Shown piece after piece: positions 1-13,000 of a stretch of 64,000 nucleotides of DNA. The notes below the pieces were generated by a model, which was given only the letters and a program-made list of their open reading frames with translations, ran no database searches and was not told where the DNA came from. Position 1 is the first letter of the stretch. The number at the start of each line of letters is the position of its first letter. Origin of the DNA: Flaccisagitta enflata (Eukaryota); assembly GCA_965153355.1 (NCBI GenBank), contig OZ231126.1:15996001-16060000 (forward strand). Direction: 5' to 3'. Position numbers and translations under genes: made by a program.

Positions 1-1
1 C

Positions 2-583
2 GCTTCCAGCGTGAATGGCGGCACCACCAGTCATTTTGGCGTCGACGCCGGTAACAACAATAACCTTAACGACGGCGAATCTGAAATTCCATTCGGCGGT
101 GCCGAAGCTCTCACTCTCGAGCGAGGCGTCTCGGATCTTCGACTCAGCGGCGTCGTTGATGCTGTCGGCGCCTCCCCTTTGCTCGATGATTCCCATCCAG
201 CGCGCTGCGTACGCCGTTCGCCGATAGGCGGCGCCACGTCTGAATCTGATCAATCTCACGTTTCGACGTCGAAGAAAAACGCCTCTGCGTCCTCCGTTTC
301 AACGACTAGGTCAAGGAGCTCTACTCCCGTGGCGGCGATCTCTTCCTCGGCGTTGTTACATCATCATCATAGAGAGGACTGCGGCGCGTCGCCCGAGTTG
401 GCTTTCACATTGATGCCTTCGCCGGATGACGTGCTCATGACGTCAGCGACTTCATCTCGTGGCTTTGACGTCGACGATGACGATGACGTCAATGGCAATC
501 GCGGGAAACTCGCCGTCAACGCCGCTTTCAACTACATCAATAATAGCAGCGACAGCGAACATGATGTTGATGGCCGAAACTGA
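2..583 (+). CDS. 3' end (terminal coding exon) of an upstream gene, Ser/Asp-rich low-complexity C-terminus, product unknown
   Basis: The frame is open from the window edge to TGA at 581-583, with GC/CpG-rich codon style like the other genes here, followed by AT-rich UTR-like sequence. No recognisable domain. Confidence 0.5.
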   Translation, partial: ASSVNGGTTSHFGVDAGNNNNLNDGESEIPFGGAEALTLERGVSDLRLSGVVDAVGASPLLDDSHPARCVRRSPIGGATSESDQSHVSTSKKNASASSVSTTRSRSSTPVAAISSSALLHHHHREDCGASPELAFTLMPSPDDVLMTSATSSRGFDVDDDDDVNGNRGKLAVNAAFNYINNSSDSEHDVDGRN

Positions 584-1437
584 AAGGAGACTGGAAAAAA
601 AACTGTCACCTGCAACTCCTTATTGCCTTTCTCGATGACGACGAACGATTTCGCGAACAATCATAGTCAGCTCGGTCCCATGACTGGTTAGAACCGGATT
701 AGGATCAACCATTGTGAACAAAGGAATATCATTGCCAACTAAATCTGGCGTAGATTTCCTCTTTCTTGGCATGTTCATTTCAGAAATTGGTATTTTATAA
801 TCACGATGGTTGGCGTTGACGAAGATTTCTACAGAAGTTTATAGAGATTACACACAAAATTGAGATATATATTTACGCCATTTTCCATTTCTTCCTCCAT
901 TTCGATCAAACCATATTAAGAGCTTCTTCCGCTTCGGTCCATTGTTCTTGAGTAGCTCGTTCCACTTATTTTTTGCTCATTTTCTCGAGAATTTTTGAAC
1001 AAGATTTTCCCAACGATAACCGAGAGTCGCGTTTTTGCAACTTGGAACTCGAGTTCTTGAAGGCCGTCATTTAAACCGTTTCAGGCCTCTTGTTTTATTT
1101 CCATGACAAATATTTCTAGATTCTTCAACTTGTGCCACATGTGTAGTTTTACCGATACAAACATAATCTTTTTATTTTTTTTTATTTCTATGGAATCGTC
1201 CACTTTGTGATTATCATCTTGATCGTTTAACTTTTAACAGCAATAACGAAGATAAAGCAGGTTTTCAGCTTAAATTTAAACTTTTCTCTTTGCAGAAATT
1301 TCTGGTACTTAATAAGAAGCATGGTAATGCGACCATGAACTTAGCGAGATGAAGAGCTTTTTCTTCAAATTCTTTTGTTGAACGTGAGAGTCGTATCGTG
1401 TGCTCTTTTAAGTTCCGTTACACTGGTAGTATCTCTC

Positions 1438-4400
1438 ATGGAACCCGCCGACACAACCGAGCCCACTTACGCGTCGTCCCTCGTCGACGCTTTAAAGACG
1501 GTGGTTCTTGACACTTCATGGCAGCGCGTTGGAGTCGCGTCCGATTTACGAACTAAAAAATGCCGCAAAATCTACGCCGAAGATGGCGAACATTTGGCGC
1601 TGATTTACGTCCAAGCTCGAGACACTTTTTACGCCATGGAGGCCGCTTGCTCTCACGAAGGTGGCCCTTTGGACATGGGCGATATCGAAGACGTCGGGAA
1701 CGGCAGTTGGGTCGTCGTCTGTCCCTGGCATCATTTCGAATTTGACGTGGCTACAGGTTTTGATGCGAGCACTGTGGGCCTTTGAGTGAATATGAGTGCA
1801 TTAGAGCCAGTTCTGTCCTCAGTTTAGCTGGACTTAATCTGGGTTTTTGTCAAATGTAATAATTTAACTCGACAGCGTTACCATAACTGTGTATTTTAGG
1901 CGAGAACTCATACGGTCTATCTCAAAAGACATTTCCAGTGAAGATCGAGGATGGCTTTGTCTATGTCAATTCTCCGGAAATGCTCTCTCTGACTCCGTTT
2001 CCTGTTGTGTCGAATTGTCACGGCGATGACCAACCGACCGACCCTCGCGTCAAAGCTAAATTACTCGTCCAACAAATGAGACAAAATCACGGCGGACAAT
2101 CAGACGCTAAAGCGACTCTCGTTGTCGATGGTGACGGAGTTGTTAGTGATGCTACCTCTACAAAAGAACCAAATACTTCGGCGACGTCACACTCGACGAT
2201 CTCAATACCCAATGACATTACCGCCGACGTCGCAAACAAAGGACTCAGTTCCCTCGAAGAGTTTGCCATTCAGATCCTGAAAACAGCGGATCCCGAGGAG
2301 AAGGTCCGCCTCACGTTTCTCACGAGTGAAGCCTGGCTGGAAGGTTCGATCGATCTTATCGACGTCGATAAACACGCCTCATTGACGCCTCCGGAAACGC
2401 CGTGGCGGCGAGACGACCTCAACGTCGTCAAACCGGAGAAAATCAAGAGGGGGAAAGGAGGAACTTTGGCCTCTCGGATCGCTCTCATTCATTCGCTGGC
2501 AAATATCGAGCAGTGGGCCATCGATCTTTCCTGGGACGTCATTGCCAGGTTTGAATACGTAACCGACCGAGCATATGGCCATTGGCCCTAAATTTATCTG
2601 CGTGTCTATCTGCCTGTCTCTGCTTGCATAACTCTCCCTGTCTATCTGCCTATCCCTCTGCCTGTCTGTCAATATGCCTGTCTGTCAATATGCCTGTCTG
2701 TCAATATGCCTGTCTGTCAATATGCCCGTCTGTCAATATGCCTGTCTGTCAATATGCCTGTCTGTCAATATGCCTGTCTGTCAATATGCCTGTCTGTCAA
2801 TATGCCTGTCTGTCAATATGCCTGTCTGTCAATATGCCTTTCTGTCAATATGCCTGTCTGTCAATATGCCTGTCTGTCAATATGCCTGTCTGTCAATATG
2901 CCTGTCTGTCAATATGCCTGTCTGTCAATATGCCTGTCTGACAATATGCCTGTCTGACAATATGCCTGTCTGTCAATATACCTGTCTGTCAATATACCTG
3001 TCTGTCAATATGCCTGTCTGTCAATATGCCTGTCTGTCAATGTGCCTGTCTGTCAATATGCCTGTCTGACAATATGCCTGTCTGTCAATATACCTGTCTG
3101 TCAATATACCTGTCTGTCTGTAGGCTTGTCTGTCAATAGGCCTGCCTGTCAATAGGCCTGCCTGTCAATAGGCCTGCCTGTCAATAGGCCTGCCTGTCAA
3201 TAGGCCTGCCTGTCAATAGGCCTGCCTGTCAACAGGCCTGCCTGTCAACAGGCCTGTCTGTCAACAGGCCTGTCTGTCAACAGGCCTGTCTGTCAACAGG
3301 CCTGTCTGTCAACAGGCCTGTCTGTCAACAGGCCTGTCTGTCAATAGGCCTGTCTGTCAATCTACCTGTCTGTCTATCTACCTGTCTATCTACCTGTGTC
3401 TATCTAACTGTCTGTCTACCTGTCTGTCTACCTGTCTGTCTATCTACCTGTCTGTCAGTCTACCTGTCTGTCTATCTACCTGTCTGTCTATCTACCTGTC
3501 TGTCTATCTACCTGTCTGTCTATCTACCTGTCTGTCTATCTACCTGTCTGTCTCTATCTACCTGTCTGTCTATCTACCTGTCTGTCTAGCTACCTGTCTG
3601 TCTAGCTACCTGTCTGTCTAGCTACCTGTCTGTCAATAGGCCTGCCTATCTACATGTCCATCTGCCTGCCTGTCCATCTGCCTGTCTATCTGCCTATCTG
3701 TCCGTGCTCTGCTTGTCTATCAGCCTGTCTGTGTCTCACACTGTCCCCGATAGCCCTATAAAGTTGGGCATCAATGTCCATGGATCAGACCATGTTTCAA
3801 ATGTTTTATGAGGTATTAGGACCTGGAAAAACATAGCGGCAAATTTTTTCTCACGTTGAAATTTTGTAAATATATTTTAGGGGTTTATGATAAACTCATG
3901 ATTGTAGGTCTAAAACAAATGTTTAGGGTCACACTCTTTCAAGGATATCTCTGCTTCTAGAAAAGCTAGGAAACTTTTTTAAAAAAGCAAATTAATCTAC
4001 ATAAAAAAATCTACAAGATGAGCGCAATCTGGTTTTTGTATCTTTAACCGTTTAGAAATGGCAAGCAAAAACGTGAAAACAGTCAAAATCAAAATGGTTG
4101 AAAAATGACATATTGTTACTACTGAAGCTTATTTCTTAATCCTTATCATAATTTTGGTCCATTCATTCTCTTGAACAGCCAAAAGCAATGAGTAGTTAGC
4201 ATTACCCTTTGAGTGCGAGGAGCAGGGTAGTGGCCCCAAAGGGATGAAGTCTGATAAAAGGCCCCTGGTGTGAAGGCTGATTCCAGGCCTGAGGAAGCTG
4301 ATTTTGATTGAATCAGTTGCCCAACGGCAATATATCCCATTTTCTGCTTTGTACAACTTTTGAATTGAGTCAGGGGAAGCAGAGCAGCAGCCCCAAAGGG

Positions 4401-7400
4401 ATAAAATCCTGTAGAACAGATCGCCCAAGGGGAATATGTGGTCATTGCTATGCATGATTTCCTTTACTCTGCTTTGCATGATTATGAATTGGAGTGAGAG
4501 GAAGCAGGGCAGTGGCTCCATAGGGAACAAAGTCCTGTAGAACACAGGGGAACTTTTGATCATCCATCTATCCATCCCCCAGGCCTTCACAGGCCTGAAA
4601 TATGCCCTCTCAAGCCTTGAATTTTAAAGGCAGGTTTAGGGCCTAAGAGGATGGATTTCAGGTTTGAGAGGGCAGATTTCAGGCCTGTGAAGGCAGATTC
4701 AAGGCCTGCAAGGGCAGATTTCAGGCCTGAGAGTGCAAATTTTAGGCTTGTGAAGGCCTAGGGGGGTCAAACGGACAAAAACATGGACAAACAAAAGTCC
4801 CCCTGTGTTTTTCAGGACTTTGTCCCTTTTGAGGCTGCTGCCCGAAAAATATACTAACCAGTGGCCCCAAATTTAAAGTCTGGCAATTTAATTTGAGGCC
4901 TGAAAGGGCTGATTGGGACCTTGAAAGAACATATCTTAAGCATGAGAGGGCTAATTTTAGTTTTGAAAGGGAAGAGCCAAGGTCTTAAGAGGCAGCTGTG
5001 AGGTCAAAAGGCTTAAGACAGATGATTTTTTATCTGAGAAGGCACAATTGAGGTCTGAAAGTGTCTACTAATCGACTAATTTGAATCATGAGTGGCTTAT
5101 TAGGGCTGATTTTTGGGCTCTGGAGGTTTTTTGGAGCCTGAATGGGCAAGTAAGGGGCCTGAGAGGGCAGATTGGAGGTTTGAGAGGGTTGATTTGGTGC
5201 ATGAGAGAACAGATTTAAGACATAGGGTTGATTTTGGGTCTGAAAGAGCAGGTTTAAGGGCTAATTCTTTGATTTTAGGCCTAAGACAAGTTGTTGGGCA
5301 GTGGCCCCTAAAGGTTGATGACCTATGCTTTCACATATACGGGGAATTTTCTGCTTCTCCTCCTCCTTCTCCCTCTGTCCATCCTCCCCCCTTCCCACCT
5401 ACTCAAATCCTTGTCTTGAGGCCCAAATCCCAGTTTCAAGGCCCAAATCCTGGGAGATACAATTTTAAGCCCGAGAGGGCAGATTTGAAGCCCAAGAGAG
5501 CAGATTTGGGGCCGTAGAGGACAGAGTGAAAGCTTTGAGTGGGCTTATTGGAGGCCTTGGAGCATGGATTTAACTAGGTCGCCCAAGGGCAATACGTGGT
5601 CAGCGATACCCATTGCCCTGCTTTAAGTGATTGTGAATTGGAGTGAGGGGAAGCAGGGCAGCGGCCCCGAAGGGGACAAAGTCCTGTAGAACAGGGGGAC
5701 TTTTGTTCATCCTGCCTGGAGAAGTGGACAAGTTGCTATAGAGGGCTTACTAAAGGCCTTCAAGAACCTAATCTGAGGTCTAAGACGGCTGATGTAAGGC
5801 CTCAGAATGCCATTGGAAGCTTGAGAGGGCTGACTTGATGCTTGAGAGAGCTGGATTAAGGCTTGAAAGGTCAGACGACTGATTTGAAGCCTGAGAGCAA
5901 TAAATTGAGGCTTAGATAGCTGATTTAAGGCCTGTGAGGCCTGATATGAGGCCCAAGAGGCCTAATTTGAGGCCTGAGAGGCCCAATTTGAGGCCTGAGA
6001 GGCCCAATTTGAGGCCTGAGAGGCCAGGTTTGAGGCCTGAAAATTTGGATTTGAGGCCTGAGAAGCCTAATTTGAGGCCTGAAAGGCCAGGTTTGATGCC
6101 TGAGAGGTTGGATTTGAGGCCTGAGAGGCTGGATTTGAGGCCTAAGAGGCTGGATATGAGGCCTGAGAGGCTGGATTTGAGGTCTGAGAGGCCAGATTTG
6201 AGGCCTGAGAGGCCAGATTTGAAGTCTCAGAGGCCAGATTTGAGGCCTGAGGGGCCAGATTTGAGGCCTGAGGGGCCTGGTGAGGGGGGGGACTAACGGA
6301 CGGACAAACGAACGGACGAACGAAAGTCCCCCCGTGTTCTACAAGACTTTGTCCCCTTCGGGACCGCTGCCCAAACACAGAGTGGATATTTAAGTCTTGA
6401 GAGAGCAGATTTGAAACCTAATTGGGCAGAAATATAGTCTGAGAGTCTATGATATAAGATTGAAGGGACCAGTTTCAGATCTAGGCTTGCAAGGGCAGAT
6501 TTGGGGTCAGAAAGGCCTGATTTAGCCTGATTTGGGATCTGGAAGGTCTAATTTTGAGTTTGACTGGCCTGATTTGAGGAGAGAGGAATGATTTGGGATC
6601 TCAGAGGCCTGATGTGGGGTCTGGGAGGTCTAATATAGGGTCTGGCTGGCCTAAATTGGGGTCCAAGAGGTCTGATTTGAGGTCTGAGAAGCCTGATGTG
6701 GGGTCTGACTGACCTGATTTGGGGAGATAGGCCTAACTTGGGGTTGGAAAGGCCTGATTTTGAGTCTGGGTTGTCTAATTTATCGTCTGACTAGCCTGAT
6801 TTGGGGTCTAAGATGCCTGATTTGGTGTTTGTAAGGGCTGATTTAAGGTCTGAGATTAGCAGATTAGCAGAGCACGGGGTATCGCTGACCATATATTGCT
6901 CTTGGGCGATTGGTTGTCCCCTCCCCAAGGCCTAAAATCGTCCGTTTCATGCTGTAGATCAGGCTTCTCAGGCCTCCAATTAGACCTAATAAGCCTTAAA
7001 TCAGCCATTTCCGTCTTCAAGTCAGCCCTCTCAGACCTCATATCAGCTTTTTTTGGCAACGGCCTCAAAGGGAACAAAGTCCAGTAGAACACAGGGACCC
7101 CATCAGGCTTGAAATCTGCCCTGAGGCTTGAAATCTGCCTTCTCAGGCCTTGAATCTGCCCTCTAAGGCCTGAAATCTGCTTCCTCTCATTGTGTATCGA
7201 GCACATGCAAAGCAGGGCAACGAGTATTGCTGACCACGTATTGCCCTTGGGCGACTGGTTCAAATCTAGAATCCACCCTCTCATACCTCAAACTCACCCT
7301 GTTAGGTGTTCCAGGACTCAAATTCACCCTCTCAGCCCCAAAATTAGGCCTTAAATCAATTGTATCAGGCCTCTCAAGCCTTTTCAAGCCCCAAATCAGC

Positions 7401-9646
7401 CCACTAAAACATTGAATCCACCCACTATAGCCTCAAATCAGCTCTAACAGGTCTCAACTCAGCTCTTTATGGCCTTAAATTATTCCTCTGAGGCCTCCAA
7501 TCTACCCTCTAAGGCCTCAAATAGTCCAGTCAAGTCTTAAATTTGTCCTCTCAGGCCTTGAAACAGCCTTGGCTGGTCTAAAATCAGCCTTTAGGGGGCC
7601 TCATATCAGCCTTCTCAGAAGTTAGTTTTATAAAAGGTTAGTCCAAGCTGGATTACCCATTAGGCTTACCAGACCTCATCCTTTTTGAGGCCACAACCCT
7701 GATCCCCTCACTCAAAGGGTGTTGCTAACTACTCGTTGCTTTTGGCTGTTCAAAAGAGAGACTGGACCAAAATTATGATAACCAGTAAGAAATGAGCTTC
7801 AGTAGTAACAATATGTCATTTTTCAACCATTTTGAATTTGACTGTTTTCACGTTTTTGCTTGCTATTTTTAAACGGTTAAAGCTACAAAAACCAGATTGC
7901 GCTCATCTTGTAGATTTTTCAATGTAGATAAATTTGCTTATTTTAAAAAGTTTCCTAGCTTTTCTAGAAGCAGAGATATCTTTGAAAGAGTGTGCCCCTA
8001 AACATTTGTTTTGGACCTACAATCATGAGTTTATCATAAGCCCCTATAATATGATATTTACAAAATTTTAGCGTGAGAAAAAATTTGCCGTCATGTTTTT
8101 CTAGGTCCTTATACCTCATAAAACATTAGAAACATGGTTTGATCCATGGACATTGATGCCCAACTTTATAGGGCTATCGGGGACAGTGTGGTCTAACTTT
8201 ATCTGCCAAGCTGCCTGTGTTAACCAATCTGTCAGCTGTCTGCCTGTCAGCTGTCTGCCTGTCAGCTCGTCTTTCTTTCCGTTATCGCTTTCTCGTCCTC
8301 TCGATTTCGATCTCGATCTTCCGCTTCCTCTTTAATATTCTCTTGGTGTCCTTTTCATTCTTCGCGCAGCTCAGCCAAGTAGAAAACTCTCGCTCAGTCG
8401 ATGTTCATTTGTTTTTCCGTGATTGCACATCCTAATTTGTATATTGTTGTTGGGATTGTTAGCATTGCTGTCCAAACTTGGGAAGTTTATTATATGGCTA
8501 TCATTGCTAGAATTTGTTAGTTATGAAGTTTTCAAACATAGATTCTGTTCATTGGGCGCTTAGAATGGTTTCTACCGCGAAATATTTGCGATCTTTTAAT
8601 CTGCCGGTCATCAATGACTCTAGTCTAACTGCTATGTACGGTATCGAAAAAATCCGTGATTTGGTAGCTTTGCGCAGTGGCGATACCATAGCCAGTGAAG
8701 TACTAACTGAGGCGTGGTTATTGCTAATTGAAAACTAAATCCAATCCCCGCTAGGAAGGACTTGAAACATAGTCCACCTAGCAATTTCTGAAGACCTGAA
8801 AAGGTCGACAATCCCAGGATGTTCCATAGTCATCGTGACTCTCGAGCTTTCTTCCGTGTTTTTTCACCTCATCCAGGTTCACCAACTTTTCAACTCCGAG
8901 TCTCGCTTGTTTACCACGCGCCTTTTACTCAGACTTTATTAAAGTCGCCGTTGACGAGGCGAAACATTTCAAGCTGTTAGAAACCCGACTTCGCGACCTC
9001 GGCAGTCACTTTGGCGCATTGCCAGTGCACAACGCCCTTTGGCAATCCGCGCACGACACCAAAGACTCCTTCCTCGCCAGATTGGCCATTGTGCATATGG
9101 TGAGTTGGGATGTCGGAAGTGATGCCTTGGGGGAATTTTGTCGCTTTCAAGTTCAGGCTGTTGTAATGTGCCAGCATATGTTCCGACGCGGTTAAGAATC
9201 ATATCTAAAAGCATGAATTGATTGTCTGACTTACAACTGATAAGTGGTTTTACCACAATTCTTCTTTAGAAAATGAGGCTTAACTGAATCCTTTTAAACA
9301 CTCACCTGTACCACGCAACCAGGTTCACGAGGCTCGTGGCTTGGACGTTCATCCAAAAACTCGGCAGCGATTCGCCGCGCAAAAGGACGAGGATTCCGTC
9401 TCGATGTTGGAAGTCATCTTTCAGGACGAGATCACTCACGTAGAAGCGGGACTAAAGTGGTTTTCCTTTGTCTGCGCCCGACATTGTCCCGTTCTCAATC
9501 CCGTGGAAACATTTCACGAGATGGTCAAGAAATACTTTCAAGGCTATCTGAAGCCGCCTTTCAACACGGAAGCGAGAGAGACCGCCGGCATGACCGAGGA
9601 ATGGTATCTCCCTCTTGTGAAAAGGACGGATGAATTGGTCGAATGA
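1438..9646 (+). CDS. Rieske [2Fe-2S] domain + DUF455 ferritin-like (di-iron) domain fusion protein; exons 1438-1756, 1900-2548, 8877-9099, 9323-9646
   Basis: Rieske boxes CSHEGGPL and CPWHHFEFD. DUF455 motifs HSLANIEQWAIDLSWD, DEAKHF, HNALW, RLAIVHMVHEARGLDV, DEITHV, LKPPFN. All introns are GT-AG with matching phases (1, 2, 0). Confidence 0.88.
2620..3725. repeat. 16-bp minisatellite (TGTCAATATGCCTGTC)n grading into related variants and TCTA/TCTG microsatellite
   Basis: Tandem array seen directly in intron 2 of the Rieske gene. It explains the MPVCQYACLSIC ORFs. Confidence 0.95.
3737..8190. mobile_element. Non-autonomous foldback DNA transposon with ~500-bp imperfect terminal inverted repeats, CAC...GTG ends and 4-bp TSD GTCT (Chapaev/CMC-like)
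   Basis: The left end CACACTGTCCCCGATAGCCCTATAAAGTTGGGCATCAATGTCCATGGATC is the exact reverse complement of the right end. Homology continues over ~3737-4255 vs ~7670-8190. GTCT flanks both sides (3733-3736, 8191-8194). No transposase ORF is present. Confidence 0.85.
4380..7650. mobile_element. Multiple nested, degenerate copies of a small interspersed element family (GCAGCGGCCCCGAAGGGGACAAAGTCCTGTAGAAC ends) with internal 21-bp tandem repeats (TTGAGGCCTGAGAGGCCAGAT)
   Basis: The same end motif recurs at ~4385, 4505, 5655 and 7065, and inverted at ~4800 and 6330. The cleanest 21-bp array is at 5934-6280. Confidence 0.75.
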
Positions 9647-9954
9647 AAGGAAACATCGACATTTCAAGTAGTAAACCGTCTCCGGTTGAGAAGGAATTAA
9701 TCAATTCTTTACTTTGAGAAAAAATGTACTTGGATCATACTCTTTCCTCAAGATGAACTTTAAGCCAAACCGTTGTGCCTTTTGTACTTGTTGTTTACAA
9801 GCGTATTTAATCCGCTATCATGATCTTTCTCCGTTGATCTATCACTAGCACGTGCAAAATTGAAAAGAAATATTTATTTCCATGCCCTGTCTTAATTTCC
9901 AGTTCATCTTTGCCATAAAAGTGTTTGTTGATGCCGGCATCGATCTAGCGCTCC

Positions 9955-10011
<57 letters not shown>

Positions 10012-10013
10012 CG

Positions 10014-13000
10014 ATGACGAAGCGAATGGATCGTGACTTAGAGAAGTTGTTGTGCGGGTCTTTGCCGTTGAGGCGCGAGCGCATGTCAACGTTGCCTCTT
10101 TCGTGCGGCGTTCCCTTCGCCGCCAAGCGGAAGCGCGTCGAGTGCGTCTTCGTTCGCGACGACGTCAGTTTAGCGTCTAACATCTTCTCCACCGAATCCT
10201 CTCCGGCGAGAAAAGCTGACTCAAAATTGGGGTCCGGCGCGACCAAATCGAACAAAACCGCCAGAAAAAGTTTAGACACTTCCAAATCAAGCAATCATAG
10301 TAACAAAAATGCCATCGCGATAAATAATAGGGCGACGGCGGCTAACGTGACCGCCACTTCCCGCGATCGCGTCCCAGACATCATCCACAGTGCCAGCGAC
10401 GAACTTTACACGACCAACATTGGAGAGAAGGTCAAGTTCAAGAGACTGTTGGTCCAGGCGGAAGAAAAACGTCAAAAAGAATCGGAAGGGAAGGAGAACA
10501 TCAACGCGACAACTGGGAACAAAACGGCGCGAAAGTCTCAGGCTGGTGCCATCAAGGCCTCTACCGGCGCGACCAAGGTTAACAACCTATCTACCGGCGC
10601 TGTCAAGTCCTCCTCCGGCGCCGCCGTGTCTGCCGCGAAGCCTTCTTCCGACACCGCCCTCTCAGCCGCGAAAATTGCCGCCAGAACCGCCTTCCCCATC
10701 GGAATACCCGCTGTCAAGTCTTCCTCTGGCGTTGCCGTGGGTTCTGGCGCCAAGGTTCGAGCCAATGACGATTCCGTTTCGTTAAAAGGCAGCAAAAGCA
10801 GTTCGAATATCGGTCGAGCGAAGGCAAGCAAATCATGCGCGGCCGTCCTAAAACAACCCATTCCCTCGGTCCCTTCCTCCTCATTGTCCACCTCTTCATC
10901 GACCAAAACAAATACGACGAAGAAGGGTACAACCAGTTCAAATCCGATAGTCGCCAAGAAGTCGACAGGCGGAATTTCGAAGAGCACGTCGTCCAAAGAT
11001 ACGTCTTCGCAGAAATCTGTGTCGTTTTCCGTGAAAGAAAAAGAGAAAATTTGTTCTTCCTCGACCGTTTTATCCGACAAAGAAAAAAGTCGTCCTTCTT
11101 CAGCCGCGTCATCCCAAAAGCCCAAAAAGAATTCCATGGATCGTCATCCTGAGCCCGTTACTCCGGTATCTGCGGAACAGGTCGACGCCAGTCCAAAACA
11201 CGAGGCTGAAACCAACGGCGCGGGGCCCGTGAAAACTTCCAGCCTCGTTAGATGCAATGGCGAAAACAAACTCATTATTAAGATACCCAAACCGACTGCA
11301 TCAGCCAGGTCGACGGTATCAACCACATCAAGCTTTTCATCGGACAACGGGCCCAGCGGCAGTGATGTCTCTCACAACAGTCCCGACCCTGCGGTGCCTT
11401 CTTCTTGTACAAGCGACAAACCTTCCGAGGAGACGCCGATGAAGAGCCCTAGCGGCGCGACGATTGCCGTCGATCCACGCCTGAACAGCTCCGCAGCTAG
11501 GAAGAGATCAGGCGCCTCCTCTCAACAACCGACATCTTCCAGAACTCCATCTAAGAAGTCATCATCGCCATCATCGCCAAAAGATCCTTACATGCTGTAC
11601 AAAATTTATCGAGGAAAACTGAAATGCAAATATAAGAGGAAGATGAAGGAGAAACTGGCGAAGCGTAAAGAGCAGATAAAGAAGATGTTTCGCGGGCTTT
11701 GCGGCAGCGACTTTGACGAACTCTCGTCTTGTTCTCTTTCCTCGATTTCTTCCGAAGATGAAGACTGGGTGACCGAACCTCTTCGCGACGACGTGATAAC
11801 TACTTCGGAGAAAGCCTCGCCAAATGACATTTCGTTCGCTCACAATCTCGACGCTTCCTTTCAACAAACCTTGTCCAATTCCGCCTTTATGACGCCCTCC
11901 AACTCCTCCATTTACGCCACGCCGGCAGCCACTACTCCTGCCCATGGCCCGTTTCGGAACGAAATTTCTTTGTCGGCATCATACGTCCAGCTGCCGATGG
12001 TGGATAGCAGTATTTCTTCAGAATCGATTTCCGGCAACGCCATGCAGGAAGCATCGATGGGTGGATCTGGACAGTCTGACTTTGTCCCAGTTGGCTCAAG
12101 TGGTATCAACAATGGCGCCTTTAGTAATCCAGGAGTAACTCTTTTCCCGAATACTAATGTCCAGGCTACCAGTCCGGCGATGGCCAGCGGTAATGGAGAA
12201 ACTCCACCAGTGGCTCCGCCTCAGGAATTGTTTTTGCCAAACGAGAATCTGTCTTTCAACAGCAGCGGTCAACCGCAGAACTTTTCCTTGCTGTTGGTGG
12301 ATGACGCCAACACCGTCGAAGAGAATGGCAACATCTCGCTGTCATCGCCCTTCGCTACGCTTTTGGCCACAGATACCACGCTGCCTACGCCCGACTTGAG
12401 ACCCTGTCAAGTACAGCTGGAACATCCGCTTTACATTGAAATTCTACCCAATCAGCGATACGGGGTCGGAATCACTTCCCCTCCACCTCCTCATCTTCCT
12501 CCATCTTCTTCTAGTGGAGCTGCACCACCGCTTGGCTCGACGCCTTCGGGGACTCCCGTTCTGCAGCATCAACAACAGCAATCCTCAGCCAGATCGTCCG
12601 CAGCGTGCGGAACCGCGACGGAGATCGTGCAAATATCCGAAAACAAGTATTTTAAGAAAGCCATGAAGGAGGGCGACATTGTTGTTTTACCTCGCTCGAC
12701 GGTGAGTACTGGCGGCAGCGTCAGCGAACCCGACGATGGTCGCAAGATGGCGCAAACCCTCGAAGAAACGACCATTTCCATCCCAGCTTTGGACGCTTCC
12801 GTAGCTTCGGTGTTCAACGCTGGGACATTAACGCGCGACGGCAGTTCCATGCTGAAAATGGACCAGTCGAGTTTAGACGGAACTATCGACGAAGAGTTGG
12901 TTGAAGTGAATCTGGATATGGCATTGAGTGGCGAATTTGCTCTTCAGCAAAACTTCGCCCCCAACGATCGAGGTGGTCAGCATGGGTCATCGTCATCGAC

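Noticed and set aside
2582-3069. Cys-rich repetitive ORFs (MPVCQYACLSIC...)
   Set aside because: These are translations of a 16-bp intronic minisatellite that is open in several frames.
3737-3775. CACACTG end as a RAG recombination signal or Transib terminus
   Set aside because: It has one mismatch to CACAGTG, no nonamer at 12- or 23-bp spacing, and a 4-bp rather than 5-bp TSD.
5934-6296. RPERPDL-repeat ORF and CRISPR-like appearance of the 21-bp arrays
   Set aside because: These are tandem repeats without unique spacers or cas genes, inside an interspersed element in a eukaryotic intron.
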